NCBI GenBank assembly: GCA_038060895.1
Contig: JBBTCT010000014.1
Span: forward strand, 28,549 to 92,548
From: Planctomycetota bacterium
GTDB lineage: Bacteria > Planctomycetota > MHYJ01 > WSZJ01
DNA length: 64,000 nt
Reading direction: 5' to 3'
Shown here piece after piece: positions 37,980 through 47,190 of the stretch (positions within the stretch are counted from its first letter, which is position 1; each line of letters opens with the position of its first letter). The notes under the pieces are model-generated. The model was not told where the DNA came from and did no database searches. It saw only the letters and a program-made list of their open reading frames with translations. The position numbers and the translations under genes are program-made.

Positions 37980-38891
37980 ATGCGCCTGCTTGCCGCCGTC
38001 CTCGCCCTCGCCGCATTTCCCGCCGCCGCCGAGCCTGCCGTCAAGATCGTCGCCGCGAAGGAAAAAGGCTGGGCGAAGCTAGTCGCCACGTCCGCGACCT
38101 ACGAAATCCAGTCCGACGCCGACGCCAAGACGCTTCAGCAGGTCGCCGTCATGCTCGAGGACCTGCACCGCGCGTTCGTGGAGACATTCAAGGCCAGGAT
38201 CAAGAGCGAGGAAGCGCGGGAGCTGATGCAGGTGCGCTTCTATAAGACGCGGAAGGTCTTCCTCGCGAACATGCAGATGGGCGGACCCGGAGGTCCCGGG
38301 GGCGGTCCTCCCGGCGGCAAGGGAGGCGGCCCGCAGATGCCGGGCGGCGGGGACGGCGGTCCCGGCGGCTACTACGATCCCGGGACGAAGTCGCTTCACA
38401 CCGGCCTCGAGCAGCCCGCCGGCGACGACTGGGTTTTCGTGCTCAAGCACGAAGCGACGCACCAGCTCCTTCACAACCGTCTCTCCATCGGCGGCGGCCA
38501 GCCCGGCGCGTCGAGCGCGATCTGGTTCAACGAGGGATTCGCCTCGTACTGGGCGATGACCGTCTGGAAGGGCAAGGAGATCGTCGAGGGAGGCGTGATG
38601 AAGAAGCTGCTGGACGAGTTCAGGCAGATGGAGTCGTCGAAGACGCTGGTGCCGCTGAAGACGCTGATCGGCGGCCAGCCGAACCCGATGCAGATGAAGG
38701 CGTACTACTCCGAAGGCTGGGCGCTCTGCCACTTCCTGAGGGGCGGCAAGTACCGCGAGAAGTTCGCGGCGTACCTGGACAAGGAGCGCGACGGCAAGAT
38801 TTCCTGGGAGGACTTCACGGAAGCGCTCGGGATCAAGGATGCGGCGGCGTTCGAGAAGGAATTCGTGGCGTACGCGAAGGCCCTGAAATAG
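37980..38891 (+). CDS. Secreted DUF1570-like zinc-peptidase-motif protein
   Basis: Signal peptide, GGYY, HEATHQ, WFNEGFASY and YSEGWAL.HFL. Confidence 0.75.
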   Translation: MRLLAAVLALAAFPAAAEPAVKIVAAKEKGWAKLVATSATYEIQSDADAKTLQQVAVMLEDLHRAFVETFKARIKSEEARELMQVRFYKTRKVFLANMQMGGPGGPGGGPPGGKGGGPQMPGGGDGGPGGYYDPGTKSLHTGLEQPAGDDWVFVLKHEATHQLLHNRLSIGGGQPGASSAIWFNEGFASYWAMTVWKGKEIVEGGVMKKLLDEFRQMESSKTLVPLKTLIGGQPNPMQMKAYYSEGWALCHFLRGGKYREKFAAYLDKERDGKISWEDFTEALGIKDAAAFEKEFVAYAKALK

Positions 38892-38914
38892 CCGGGCTCA
38901 GGCATGATGCGCGC

Positions 38915-39679
38915 GTGACCGAAACCGTGCAACCCGCCCTGCCTCCGCGCCGCCGTCCTGGCGGACTGCAGGCCTTCTGGATCGCCGCGATTGTTCTCGC
39001 TGCGGGGGCGGCGTTCGTGATCCCTTTCAACCGGGCCCCGAAGATCGTCGAGGTCATGCCTGGCCGCGGGCCGGCGGTGAAGCCGCGCGGGTGGGACGAG
39101 ACCCGCGCGGCGTTCCCCGGGATGGAAGTACGCGATCGCGGCGCCGTCGTCTTCGCGGGGGATTCGATCACCGCATGGTGGAAAGACCTGCCAGGCGCGT
39201 TTCCCGGCCTCAAGGTCGCCAACCGCGGCATCGCGGGAGACACTTCGAGAACGCTCCTGTACCGCTTCGACGCCGACATTCTCGCGCTCGAACCGAAAGC
39301 GATGGTTCTCCTCATAGGCACCAACGACTTGCACCTGGGCGCGAATCCATCCGACGTTGCGTTCAACGTGATGGACATGCTGGACCGGTTACAGCGCAGC
39401 CGCCCCGACGCACGGGTCGTCCTCTGCGCGGTGATGCCGCGCATGCCGCTCACGAACCTGCCGCCAGAGAAGATCCTCGACCTCAACGCCCGGCTGCGCG
39501 CGATCTCTTCGTCCCGCCGCGGCGTCACGTGGTGCGATTCGCACACGCCCTTCGTGACCGAGATCGGGGGAGTGCGTGACGAAGAGTTCCCGGACGGGCT
39601 GCATCCAAACGAGGCCGCCTATGCCAAATGGGCGGAGTCGCTTAGAGGAGCGATGAAGGAAGCGGGGATACAGGAGTAG
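38915..39679 (+). CDS. GDSL/SGNH lipase-esterase
   Basis: GDSIT, NRGIAGD, IGTND and DGLHPN. Confidence 0.9.
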   Translation: MTETVQPALPPRRRPGGLQAFWIAAIVLAAGAAFVIPFNRAPKIVEVMPGRGPAVKPRGWDETRAAFPGMEVRDRGAVVFAGDSITAWWKDLPGAFPGLKVANRGIAGDTSRTLLYRFDADILALEPKAMVLLIGTNDLHLGANPSDVAFNVMDMLDRLQRSRPDARVVLCAVMPRMPLTNLPPEKILDLNARLRAISSSRRGVTWCDSHTPFVTEIGGVRDEEFPDGLHPNEAAYAKWAESLRGAMKEAGIQE

Positions 39680-39692
39680 TCCGCGGCCCGGC

Positions 39693-40445
39693 TTAATTCC
39701 TCCGCGAATTCAGCTTCTCCAGCAGCCTCAGGATTTCGAGGTAGAGCCAGACGAGGGTGACGAGCAGGCCGAAGGCCGCGTACCACTCCATGTATTTCGG
39801 CGCGCCGGTTTCGGCGCCCTGCTCGATGAAGTCGAAGTCGAGCACGAGGTTGAGCGCGGCGACGATGATGACGAAGACCGAGATGCCGATCCCGATCGGG
39901 CCGGAGTTGTGAATGAAGCCGACGTTGACGCCGAAGAGCCGCAGGAAAAACATCACGGTGTAGGCGAGCATGATGCCGCCGGTGGCAGCGACGACGCCGA
40001 GCTTGAAGTTTTCCGTGGGGCGGATGAGGCGGGACATGTAGGCCACGAGAAGGGCGAGGAGCGTCCCGAAGGTGAGCAGTACGGCGTGCAGAACAATGTG
40101 AGTGCCCGGATAGCTCAGGTCATAGACCGCAGAGATGGCGCCCAGGAACAGTCCTTCGCACGCGGCGTAGAGGGGCGCCGTGACCGGAGCCCACTCGCGC
40201 TTGAATGCGGTGACGAGCCCCAGGATCAATCCGCCGATCATCCCGCCGATCCCGAGGACGAGGGCCGTCTGGAAATCCGAATTCTGCATCGGGATCCACG
40301 TGATCAGGGCGCAGCCGGCGGCGATGAAAAGGAGGGTCGCGGTTTTGATGACCGAGCCCTGCAGCGTCATCTGGGACGAGCCTGCGGCGGAGATGAAGTT
40401 CTCGAACGACTTGGCGCTGAGGGCCGGGTTGGCGGTGCGGATCAT
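39693..40445 (-). CDS. Bax inhibitor-1/YccA family membrane protein
   Basis: NPAL, YA..EGL.LG.IS, NL.LDFDFIE.G...GAPKYMEWYAAFGL.VTLVWLYLEILRLL. AGGAG SD. Confidence 0.9.
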   Translation of the reverse strand: MIRTANPALSAKSFENFISAAGSSQMTLQGSVIKTATLLFIAAGCALITWIPMQNSDFQTALVLGIGGMIGGLILGLVTAFKREWAPVTAPLYAACEGLFLGAISAVYDLSYPGTHIVLHAVLLTFGTLLALLVAYMSRLIRPTENFKLGVVAATGGIMLAYTVMFFLRLFGVNVGFIHNSGPIGIGISVFVIIVAALNLVLDFDFIEQGAETGAPKYMEWYAAFGLLVTLVWLYLEILRLLEKLNSRRN

Positions 40446-40524
40446 GTCAGGACTCCTCGCAATTCGAGTGCCACGGGAAGGTATCCTGCCCGCAGGGGAA
40501 ACGCCACCGCCAACGGAGATTCGC

Positions 40525-41721
40525 GTGCAACGACGTCCGCTTTTCGCCTGCCTGTACGCCGTCCTGTCTGCCATCGAGGCATCCGCCGAAGCCCCCGTCG
40601 GCTGGGTGTACCCGGCCGAAGCGATGGCGGCCAAAGGGGACCGGATGCCCTGGCCGGTCGAGGTCGTGCGCGGGCCCTCTGGCGCCGTCGGCGTCTTCGT
40701 GTTCGAGCGCGGTGCCGGCCTGACGTTTCGCGTGTCGGCTGACGGGCGCGCGCCGTGGAAGGTGATCCTGCTCCCGAACGGCCCCGCCGGGGAGCCTGTC
40801 GTCGAAGGCGACCGCGTTGAGATCCCGCTCGCGGACGAGGACGACAAGTCGATTTCAATCGCAGCGTTCGACCTTGCGGCGGGGAAGGACCTGTCCCGGA
40901 CACGGATCGCCGGCACCCTGAAGGGGTTGCCGTCATTTTCACGGCTGGCCGCTCGGGGCGCGGATCGGTACCTGGCGATGAGCACATCGTCGGGGGAGAT
41001 TTTCTATTCGCAGACGGAAGACAGCGGGAAGAAGTGGCGCGCGCTCTCAGCCGCCGGCCGCACGGTCGCGCGCGGAGATTCGTGCTGCCCTCCTCTTCTC
41101 GTCGCTGACGACGGCCCGCACCTGGTCTTCGTCGGCGAGTACAACAAGCTTGTCCACAGGATCGCCAGTGCCGAGGGCTCCGCCTGGACGGACGCTCCCG
41201 CCGTCCCGGCCCCCGCTCCCGAGCAGGGCGATCCCGTCGCGATCACCGGCGCCCAGAACGGAAACCAGTTTCACCTCGTCCTGCTCACGAGCAAGTTCCG
41301 CTTCCTCTACAACTGGAGCGACGACGCCGGCGCGCACTGGGCCGTCTGGACGGTCGCCGCCGCACCCCCCAAAGACTCCCTCGCTTCGTTTGACATCGCC
41401 GCCACGTTTCGCCTCAAGGCGCGCGGGAAAAACGCAGTCTTCACGTGGACGGAGCGCGGCGAACGCGAGGGCGACCCGTATTACTGCCGGTTTCTCGTCA
41501 GCCGCACCAGCGGCGGCAAGTGGGAAGACTTCAGTCCCGCTTCAGGCGTGCGGGGGAGCAGCGGGCTCGCCGCAGCCTTCATCGGCGAGGACGGCGGGAT
41601 CACCGCGGCGGTCGCGGCCGCGCCGAAAGTCACGACGGGGACGCGTTACGTCCTCGTCCGGCAGGCGGTGAAGGGCGCCGATCCCGGGGAAATCCCGTCC
41701 GCAGAGTGGTGGGGCAAGTAA
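40525..41721 (+). CDS. Secreted BNR/Asp-box (sialidase-like) protein
   Basis: Asp-box motifs [16 protein letters not shown] and [12 protein letters not shown] lies upstream of GTG 40525. Confidence 0.65.
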   Translation: MQRRPLFACLYAVLSAIEASAEAPVGWVYPAEAMAAKGDRMPWPVEVVRGPSGAVGVFVFERGAGLTFRVSADGRAPWKVILLPNGPAGEPVVEGDRVEIPLADEDDKSISIAAFDLAAGKDLSRTRIAGTLKGLPSFSRLAARGADRYLAMSTSSGEIFYSQTEDSGKKWRALSAAGRTVARGDSCCPPLLVADDGPHLVFVGEYNKLVHRIASAEGSAWTDAPAVPAPAPEQGDPVAITGAQNGNQFHLVLLTSKFRFLYNWSDDAGAHWAVWTVAAAPPKDSLASFDIAATFRLKARGKNAVFTWTERGEREGDPYYCRFLVSRTSGGKWEDFSPASGVRGSSGLAAAFIGEDGGITAAVAAAPKVTTGTRYVLVRQAVKGADPGEIPSAEWWGK

Positions 41722-41745
41722 CCGAAGCCGCGCCCCCGGGGAAAC

Positions 41746-41790
41746 TTTTCCTTTTTTGTTTTTCCTTTTTCGTTTTTCGTTTCGTCTTCG
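41746..41790. repeat. T-rich heptamer tract related to 3457-3497
   Basis: ttttccttttttgtttttccttttcgtttttcgtttcgtcttcg-like tract. Confidence 0.55.
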
Positions 41791-41816
41791 CCGTTCATCC
41801 ACCAAGGAGCCCCTTC

Positions 41817-42161
41817 ATGCCCCCCGTCACAACCCCCTCCGGCCTCCAGTACGAAGACCTCGTCGTCGGCACCGGCGCTTCGCCTCAACCCCGCCAGAAC
41901 TGCAAGGTCCACTACACCGGCTGGCTGACCGACGGGAAGAAATTCGACAGCTCCAAAGACCGCGGCGAGCCGTTCGAATTCCCGGTCGGCGCGGGACGCG
42001 TGATCAGGGGCTGGGACGAAGGCGTCGCAACGATGAAGGTGGGCGGAAAGCGCAAGCTGACCATCCCCCCGGACCTCGGATACGGCGCACGCGGCGCAGG
42101 CGGCGTCATCCCCCCGAACGCCGTGCTCGTCTTCGAGGTCGAGCTGCTCGGCGTCGGGTAA
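41817..42161 (+). CDS. FKBP-type peptidyl-prolyl isomerase
   Basis: [28 protein letters not shown] and [31 protein letters not shown]. Confidence 0.96.
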   Translation: MPPVTTPSGLQYEDLVVGTGASPQPRQNCKVHYTGWLTDGKKFDSSKDRGEPFEFPVGAGRVIRGWDEGVATMKVGGKRKLTIPPDLGYGARGAGGVIPPNAVLVFEVELLGVG

Positions 42162-42167
42162 GGCCTC

Positions 42168-42848
42168 CTACCGGCTGCCCGCGTCCCCGCTCCGCAACCG
42201 CTCCACCTCCTCGCGGTCCGCGGGCACGTACGCCTTCCTCTCCACCGCCGGCATCGTCACCTCGCACACCGGGTCGTAGGGCAACGCCTCGCGCTTCCGG
42301 CGCTTCTTCCAGTACTCGCGCCAGTAGTCCCACCATTTCCCGTGCAGCCCCGACAGGTCCCCCGCCGGGACCTCGATGCCGTGGGCATGCACGCTCAGCC
42401 GCTCGGCCGCGACCGCCGCCATCGCCGGCCCCGCCCCGAACGCAAGCCGCACCGGCGCCCGGTGGTACCCCGCGTCGCCGGGCGCGAATCCGTGGCGCGT
42501 CATCACGTCCCCCGCTTCACGCATCATCACCTTCAGCCAGCGGTCGTCATTGAAGGAGAATCCTCCGTTCCAGATAGGAAGAGGCTCGAGGCGGTCCTCG
42601 TTCATGAGGCGCGGCCAGTCGTGGGGGAAATGCGAGGCACTGCGCCGGGTCATGAAGCTGGCTGAAATGACGTGGTGAAAGCGGAGCGCGACGTGGCCCG
42701 CCGGCGGCGCGCCGTCGCGCAGCGGCGGAAACCAGAGCTGCACGCCTGCGAACTCGAGCTGGATCGTGCCGGGAAAGTCGGCGTCCCACCAGGTCCAGGA
42801 GCCGACGTCCGGGATCGCGGCTTTCAGAGTTCGAAAATGCTGGTCCAG
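42168..42848 (-). CDS. Hypothetical protein (possible CTG start)
   Basis: The frame extends 35 protein-like codons upstream of the tracked GTG, to a CTG that follows GGGAGGAG. C-terminal WWDYWREYW...LPYDPVCEVT.P. Confidence 0.6.
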   Translation of the reverse strand: MDQHFRTLKAAIPDVGSWTWWDADFPGTIQLEFAGVQLWFPPLRDGAPPAGHVALRFHHVISASFMTRRSASHFPHDWPRLMNEDRLEPLPIWNGGFSFNDDRWLKVMMREAGDVMTRHGFAPGDAGYHRAPVRLAFGAGPAMAAVAAERLSVHAHGIEVPAGDLSGLHGKWWDYWREYWKKRRKREALPYDPVCEVTMPAVERKAYVPADREEVERLRSGDAGSR

Positions 42849-42941
42849 AGATCTCCTCCCGCCGCGTATTTACGGAAATCGGGCGAAGCGCTGACAGATA
42901 ATTCAAGGGAACGCGCGCGGGAATCCGATAGCCTCTCGCCG

Positions 42942-44003
42942 ATGCCGCCTGCCCTTTTCACGCCGTTCACTCTTCGCAACCTCACGCTCGCGAACCGGAT
43001 CGTCGTGTCGCCGATGTGCCAGTACAGCTCGGAGGGCGGGCTTGCGACGGAATGGCACCAGGTTCACCTCGGGCAGTTCGCGCTGGGAGGCGCGGGGCTG
43101 GTGTGGATCGAAGCGACCGGCGTGGAGCCGCGGGGCCGGATTTCGCCGGGGTGCCATGGATTCTGGTCCGACGGGCACGCGAAGGCGCTCGAGCCCGTCG
43201 TCGCGTTCTTCCGGAAGCATGGCGTCGCGAAGCTCGGCATCCAGCTCGCGCATGCGGGACGGAAGGCGTCGACGGACGTTCCATGGAAGGGCGGGAAGCC
43301 GCTGGTCGAAGGGGCGTGGGAGACGGTGGCGCCGTCGGCGCTGCCGTTCGACGCCGGGTGGCACACGCCGCGGGCGATGGACGCGGTGGACATGACCACC
43401 GTGCGCGAGGCGTTCGCATCGGCGGCGCACCGGGCGGCGGCTTGCGGGCTGGACGCGATCGAAGTGCACGCTGCGCACGGTTACCTGCTTCACCAGTTCC
43501 TGTCGCCGCTCTCGAACCGCCGCTCGGATAGTTACGGAGGCTCTCTCGAAAACCGGATGCGCTTCCCCCTCGAAGTGTTTGACGCAGTGCGTCAAACCGC
43601 CCAGGGACTCCCCGTCGGCGTCCGCGTCTCGGCGACCGACTGGGCCGACGGCGGCTGGACGCTCGACGACACCGTGGCGTTCGCCCGCGAACTGAAGGCG
43701 CGCGGGTGCGATTTCATCGACGTCTCCAGCGGCGGGACCCTGCCGAAGGCGAAAACCCCCTCGGGCCCCGGTTTCCAGGTCCCTTTCGCGGCAACCGTGC
43801 GCGCCGACGCCGTCATCCCCACCATCGCCGTCGGGTTCATCGCCGAACCCGCTCAGGCCGAGGAGATCGTCGCTTCTGGCCAGGCCGACCTCGTCGCCAT
43901 GGCCCGCGCGTTTCTCGACGACCCCCACTGGCCGTGGCACGCCGCGAAGGCGCTGGGTGGGGAAGCGGCTTATCCGCCGCAGTACGCAAGGGCGAAGAAG
44001 TAG
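42942..44003 (+). CDS. NADH:flavin oxidoreductase (Old Yellow Enzyme, NamA/YqjM-like)
   Basis: NRIVVSPMCQYS, GIQLAHAGRKAS, EVHAAHGYLLHQFLSP.SN.R.D.YGG and P.QYAR. Confidence 0.93.
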   Translation: MPPALFTPFTLRNLTLANRIVVSPMCQYSSEGGLATEWHQVHLGQFALGGAGLVWIEATGVEPRGRISPGCHGFWSDGHAKALEPVVAFFRKHGVAKLGIQLAHAGRKASTDVPWKGGKPLVEGAWETVAPSALPFDAGWHTPRAMDAVDMTTVREAFASAAHRAAACGLDAIEVHAAHGYLLHQFLSPLSNRRSDSYGGSLENRMRFPLEVFDAVRQTAQGLPVGVRVSATDWADGGWTLDDTVAFARELKARGCDFIDVSSGGTLPKAKTPSGPGFQVPFAATVRADAVIPTIAVGFIAEPAQAEEIVASGQADLVAMARAFLDDPHWPWHAAKALGGEAAYPPQYARAKK

Positions 44004-44006
44004 AAC

Positions 44007-45701
44007 TCAGAACCTGACGCGCTTCCGCGGATGCTTCAGCAGCAGTTCGCTCCAGCTCACCCGCGCTTCCCGCTCGTCCCCGCTGTGCCGCCGCACCGCG
44101 TCGCCCCGGGCCTTCGCCCGCGGCGATGACGCCGGCTCCCGCGTCGCCCGCTCCAGGTCGGGCCCGTCGAAATAGCCCGTAGACCGCCCGGCCTCCAGGA
44201 GCGCGCCGCCGTACCCGCGCGGGCCGATCTCGTGGAAGCGCGTGTCGATCTTCTGCGCCGCGGCGACCGTGGCAGCGCCGTCCGTCGTCGCGGTGGCCGC
44301 AGCCTTCGCGACGCCGCGCCAGCCACCCTCCTCCGCCAGCGCCTCCGCCACCAGGTCGCGCTTCGCCACCCAGTCCACTTCCTTGTAAAGCAGGTGCGGG
44401 TCCTCCGCGAGCGCTTCCAGCACATAGCGCCATTTCGAAAGCACCTCGGCCGTCTCCGGTTCCGCATTCTTGCCGCAGAATTTCTCAGCTTCTTCCAGGT
44501 AGTACTTCTGGATCTGAAGCGCCGTCATTGCCGTCCCGTCCGCGAGCGGAATCGGCCTGGTGAGCGCCGGGTCGCCGTCGACGATCGCGATCGCCTCGCC
44601 CAGGTCGCGCGGGGCGAGGTTGCGAAGCGGGTGTCCGGCCTCGATCATCCGGAGCACGAGGTCCGTCGTCCCGAGCCGCAGCACCGTCGCCAGACGCGAC
44701 GTGTTCGAGTCCGCAAACAGAACCTGCATGCGCTTCCGCCGCGACCAGATGCTCCAGGGTTCGCGCACGAAATTCTTCAGGTCGAACACGGGGCGCCTGG
44801 CGTCGTCCCAGTAGATTCCCGCGGCGTGCCGGATCGCGGGGGCCTTGTGCGAGAGCGCGACGGTGGCGCCGTCGGCGGCGACGCGGCCGGGGCCGCAGAA
44901 GACGAGGCGCGTGTACAGGTGGGGGAGGAGAAGACGCCGGGCGTCCGGAAAAGCCGCCTTGCGGAGAAGGACGTCGTACCCGCGCACCCAGGGGAGCGTG
45001 ACCGCGTACGTGAGGTCCATGAGCCGGACCAGCGTTTCTTCGCGCACCAGCGCGCGCCCGAGGCTCAGGATCCCGCGCGCGCCCGCCGCGAACGGCCGGC
45101 CGAGGAGTGGAAGCGGCGCGAGCGCGGCGCAGAGAAGGTAGGACGCGGCCGCGGCGAGGAACATCGAGTAGAGGAGGAGCTTGAAAATCGACTCCGCGAT
45201 GCGCAGCGGGATCCAGAACGCCGGGAACGCCAACGCGAGAAGAAGCACGCGCAGGACGGAGGCCGGGTCGTCCACCTCGTAGTTCTCGTGCGACCCCCAC
45301 ACATTCCCCGCCGAGTCCGCGGCAGCCTTGCCTACGACGAGTTCGCCCTCGAAGCCGCGCGTCCGCAGCCGGAATTCCGCTTCACCATGCAAGCGGCCGA
45401 GAAGCACGTCCTGCGCGTGATGGTAGCGCGCCGCCTCGAGCGGCCCCCGGCATTCCGGCGTCGCCATTTCCAGGAGGCCCGTCGAAAATCGCGCCGTCGG
45501 CGCCTCGTAATGCATCAGCCCGCCCGTGGCCAGAAAGACGCCGCCCTTCGGCACGGCCGCCGGCAGCGCCGGCACCTCGGCCCGCACCGCAGCCTCGACG
45601 ACTTCGTAGATGTCACGCGGAAGCGGCGATCGGCCGCCAGCTTCGCGCGGCACCCAGGCGAGGGCGAATTCGGTTTCGACGCCGATGAGCCGGGGGTGCA
45701 T
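44007..45701 (-). CDS. PafA/Dop-family (Pup ligase/deamidase-like) protein with inserted hydrophobic segments
   Basis: IGVETEF, FLATGG, EMATPEC, GSHENY, RMQVLFADSN, LRLGTT.LVL.MIE, TALQIQ..YLE, EVDWVAK, D.RFHEI and RA.ARG. Confidence 0.9.
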   Translation of the reverse strand: MHPRLIGVETEFALAWVPREAGGRSPLPRDIYEVVEAAVRAEVPALPAAVPKGGVFLATGGLMHYEAPTARFSTGLLEMATPECRGPLEAARYHHAQDVLLGRLHGEAEFRLRTRGFEGELVVGKAAADSAGNVWGSHENYEVDDPASVLRVLLLALAFPAFWIPLRIAESIFKLLLYSMFLAAAASYLLCAALAPLPLLGRPFAAGARGILSLGRALVREETLVRLMDLTYAVTLPWVRGYDVLLRKAAFPDARRLLLPHLYTRLVFCGPGRVAADGATVALSHKAPAIRHAAGIYWDDARRPVFDLKNFVREPWSIWSRRKRMQVLFADSNTSRLATVLRLGTTDLVLRMIEAGHPLRNLAPRDLGEAIAIVDGDPALTRPIPLADGTAMTALQIQKYYLEEAEKFCGKNAEPETAEVLSKWRYVLEALAEDPHLLYKEVDWVAKRDLVAEALAEEGGWRGVAKAAATATTDGAATVAAAQKIDTRFHEIGPRGYGGALLEAGRSTGYFDGPDLERATREPASSPRAKARGDAVRRHSGDEREARVSWSELLLKHPRKRVRF

Positions 45702-45743
45702 GGGAGAAAGCGGCGGCGAAAAAACTTCGGGACCGGCCGCCTG

Positions 45744-45914
45744 CTACTCGCCGCCGCCCGGCACAGTCGTCGCTTTCACATACTCCAGGGGCTGCGTCTT
45801 CGCGTCCTTCGCGATCGCCGCGATTGCGGCAGCCGCGCGATCCAGCGGCGGCGCGACGGGCGGCGCCACAACCGGCGCCTCGGTGGACGGTACTGGCTTG
45901 TCATTCTGCGACAT
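45744..45914 (-). CDS. Pup/UBact-like small modifier protein (56 aa, ends GGE)
   Basis: Manual translation gives MSQNDKPVPSTEAPVVAPPVAPPLDRAAAAIAAIAKDAKTQPLEYVKATTVPGGGE*. It has a GAGG SD and lies 42 nt upstream of the PafA-like gene. Confidence 0.8.
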   Translation of the reverse strand: MSQNDKPVPSTEAPVVAPPVAPPLDRAAAAIAAIAKDAKTQPLEYVKATTVPGGGE

Positions 45915-46041
45915 GGTTGCCTCGCGAACATGGGGAGGACTCGCCGGTCCTGCGCTTCAGGGGAAAGTTGGCGGCGTCGTGCGGGCTTCCACCCCGCAAG
46001 GCCCGTCTTCCCCTTCCGGCCTTCCTCACTAACCGCTTTGA

Positions 46042-46070
46042 ACGATAGGCGTGCCCGGACCACGCGTCAA
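46042..46070 (-). promoter_or_regulatory. Sigma70-like promoter TTGACG-N17-TATCGT for the pup-pafA-like pair
   Basis: Near-consensus hexamers with a 17-bp spacer on the minus strand. Confidence 0.55.
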
Positions 46071-46085
46071 TCGCCTTTCCGCGGG

Positions 46086-46901
46086 TTATTGCGGACCTGT
46101 CGGCGCCCCGCCCTGCGCTGCCCACACCTTCTTGAAGAGAGCGATTGACGCCGGAGCGTGGCCCGCGTAGTGGTTGTTGAAGTAGCCGTAGATCTCGAAT
46201 TTAGGCACGAGGTCGCGAAGCGCCTGCACCCAGGCTCCTGTCTCAACTTCCCGGTCGACCACGACTTTTTCCCAGGTCTTCGTGACCTTCTCGATTCCCA
46301 TCCGGTCCCCGAGCCACCGGACGTAAATCCAGTCGGACGTCAGAAGGTCCATCCGCTTCCGGTACTCCGATGCCTTCAACATGAACGGGTGGTCGATCAG
46401 CGCCAGCGCGATCCGCTTCGATTTCAGCGCGTCGAGAAAAGCCGGCACCAGGAAGTTCTTGTTGCGGACCTCGACGGCGAAGCGGAATCCGGACGGGAGA
46501 GTCTTGATGAGTTTCCGGATCGCCTCGAAAAACGGAAACGGCGTCGGCATGTCGGTCTTGTTGAAGTACGGAAACTGGAAGAGCAGCGGGCCGAGCTTGT
46601 CGCCGAGCCCGGACATGACCTTGAGAAACGCATTCAACTCCTCGTCAATCCCCTCCAGCCGCTTCTCGTGCGTAATCACCTGCGGGATCTTCGCGGCGAA
46701 GAGAAAATTGTCCGGCGTCTTGCGCTTCCAGCCCTCGACCATCGCCGGCGAGGGAATGCGATAGAAGGTGGCGTCGATTTCGACGGTGTCGAAGTGTTGT
46801 GCGTAGATCGGCAGAAAGTCCGCGAGTTGAGTTCCGGCCGGGTAAAAGGGTCCGACCCAGGAATCGGCGGACCAGGAAGAAGTACCAAGGCGGAGGGGCA
46901 T
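46086..46901 (-). CDS. DUF72 domain protein
   Basis: GTSSW...W.G.FYP, FDTVEIDATFYRIP, F.AKIPQ.ITH, LG.LLFQFP, AVE.R and YFNNHY.G.AP. Confidence 0.92.
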   Translation of the reverse strand: MPLRLGTSSWSADSWVGPFYPAGTQLADFLPIYAQHFDTVEIDATFYRIPSPAMVEGWKRKTPDNFLFAAKIPQVITHEKRLEGIDEELNAFLKVMSGLGDKLGPLLFQFPYFNKTDMPTPFPFFEAIRKLIKTLPSGFRFAVEVRNKNFLVPAFLDALKSKRIALALIDHPFMLKASEYRKRMDLLTSDWIYVRWLGDRMGIEKVTKTWEKVVVDREVETGAWVQALRDLVPKFEIYGYFNNHYAGHAPASIALFKKVWAAQGGAPTGPQ

Positions 46902-46922
46902 GCGCGGGATGGTAGCAGAACC

Positions 46923-47046
46923 CAGAGCGCGTGAAAAAAGCGAGCGCCATCGCGCGATCGGGACTCGCAACCCGCCGTCGGAAAGGATCGACGGCGGGGC
47001 GCGAGTCCCGATCACGCGCCGTCGCTCGCTTTTTTCACGCGCTCTG
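46923..47046. repeat. 124-bp near-perfect palindrome
   Basis: Perfect 24-bp terminal arms CAGAGCGCGTGAAAAAAGCGAGCG, then inner stems GATCGGGACTCGC and CCCGCCGTCG around an 8-nt loop. Confidence 0.85.
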
Positions 47047-47190
47047 TGAAAACGGCGGGAGCAACGGGGGTCGGTTCTCAGGAAGCCAGCCAGAAGAGCC
47101 GGATGATGTCGTACGCGATGACGGAGCAGACGACGACGCAGCTTGACCCGCCGGATGCTCTCTCACGCCCGGAGCCGCGGGCAACCCGTT

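Noticed and set aside
47078-47150. Short hydrophobic peptide (CVVVCSVIAYDIIRLFWLAS) on the minus strand next to the long palindrome, a possible type I toxin
   Set aside because: No nearby in-frame start codon or RBS was found; it is only the tail of a shadow ORF.
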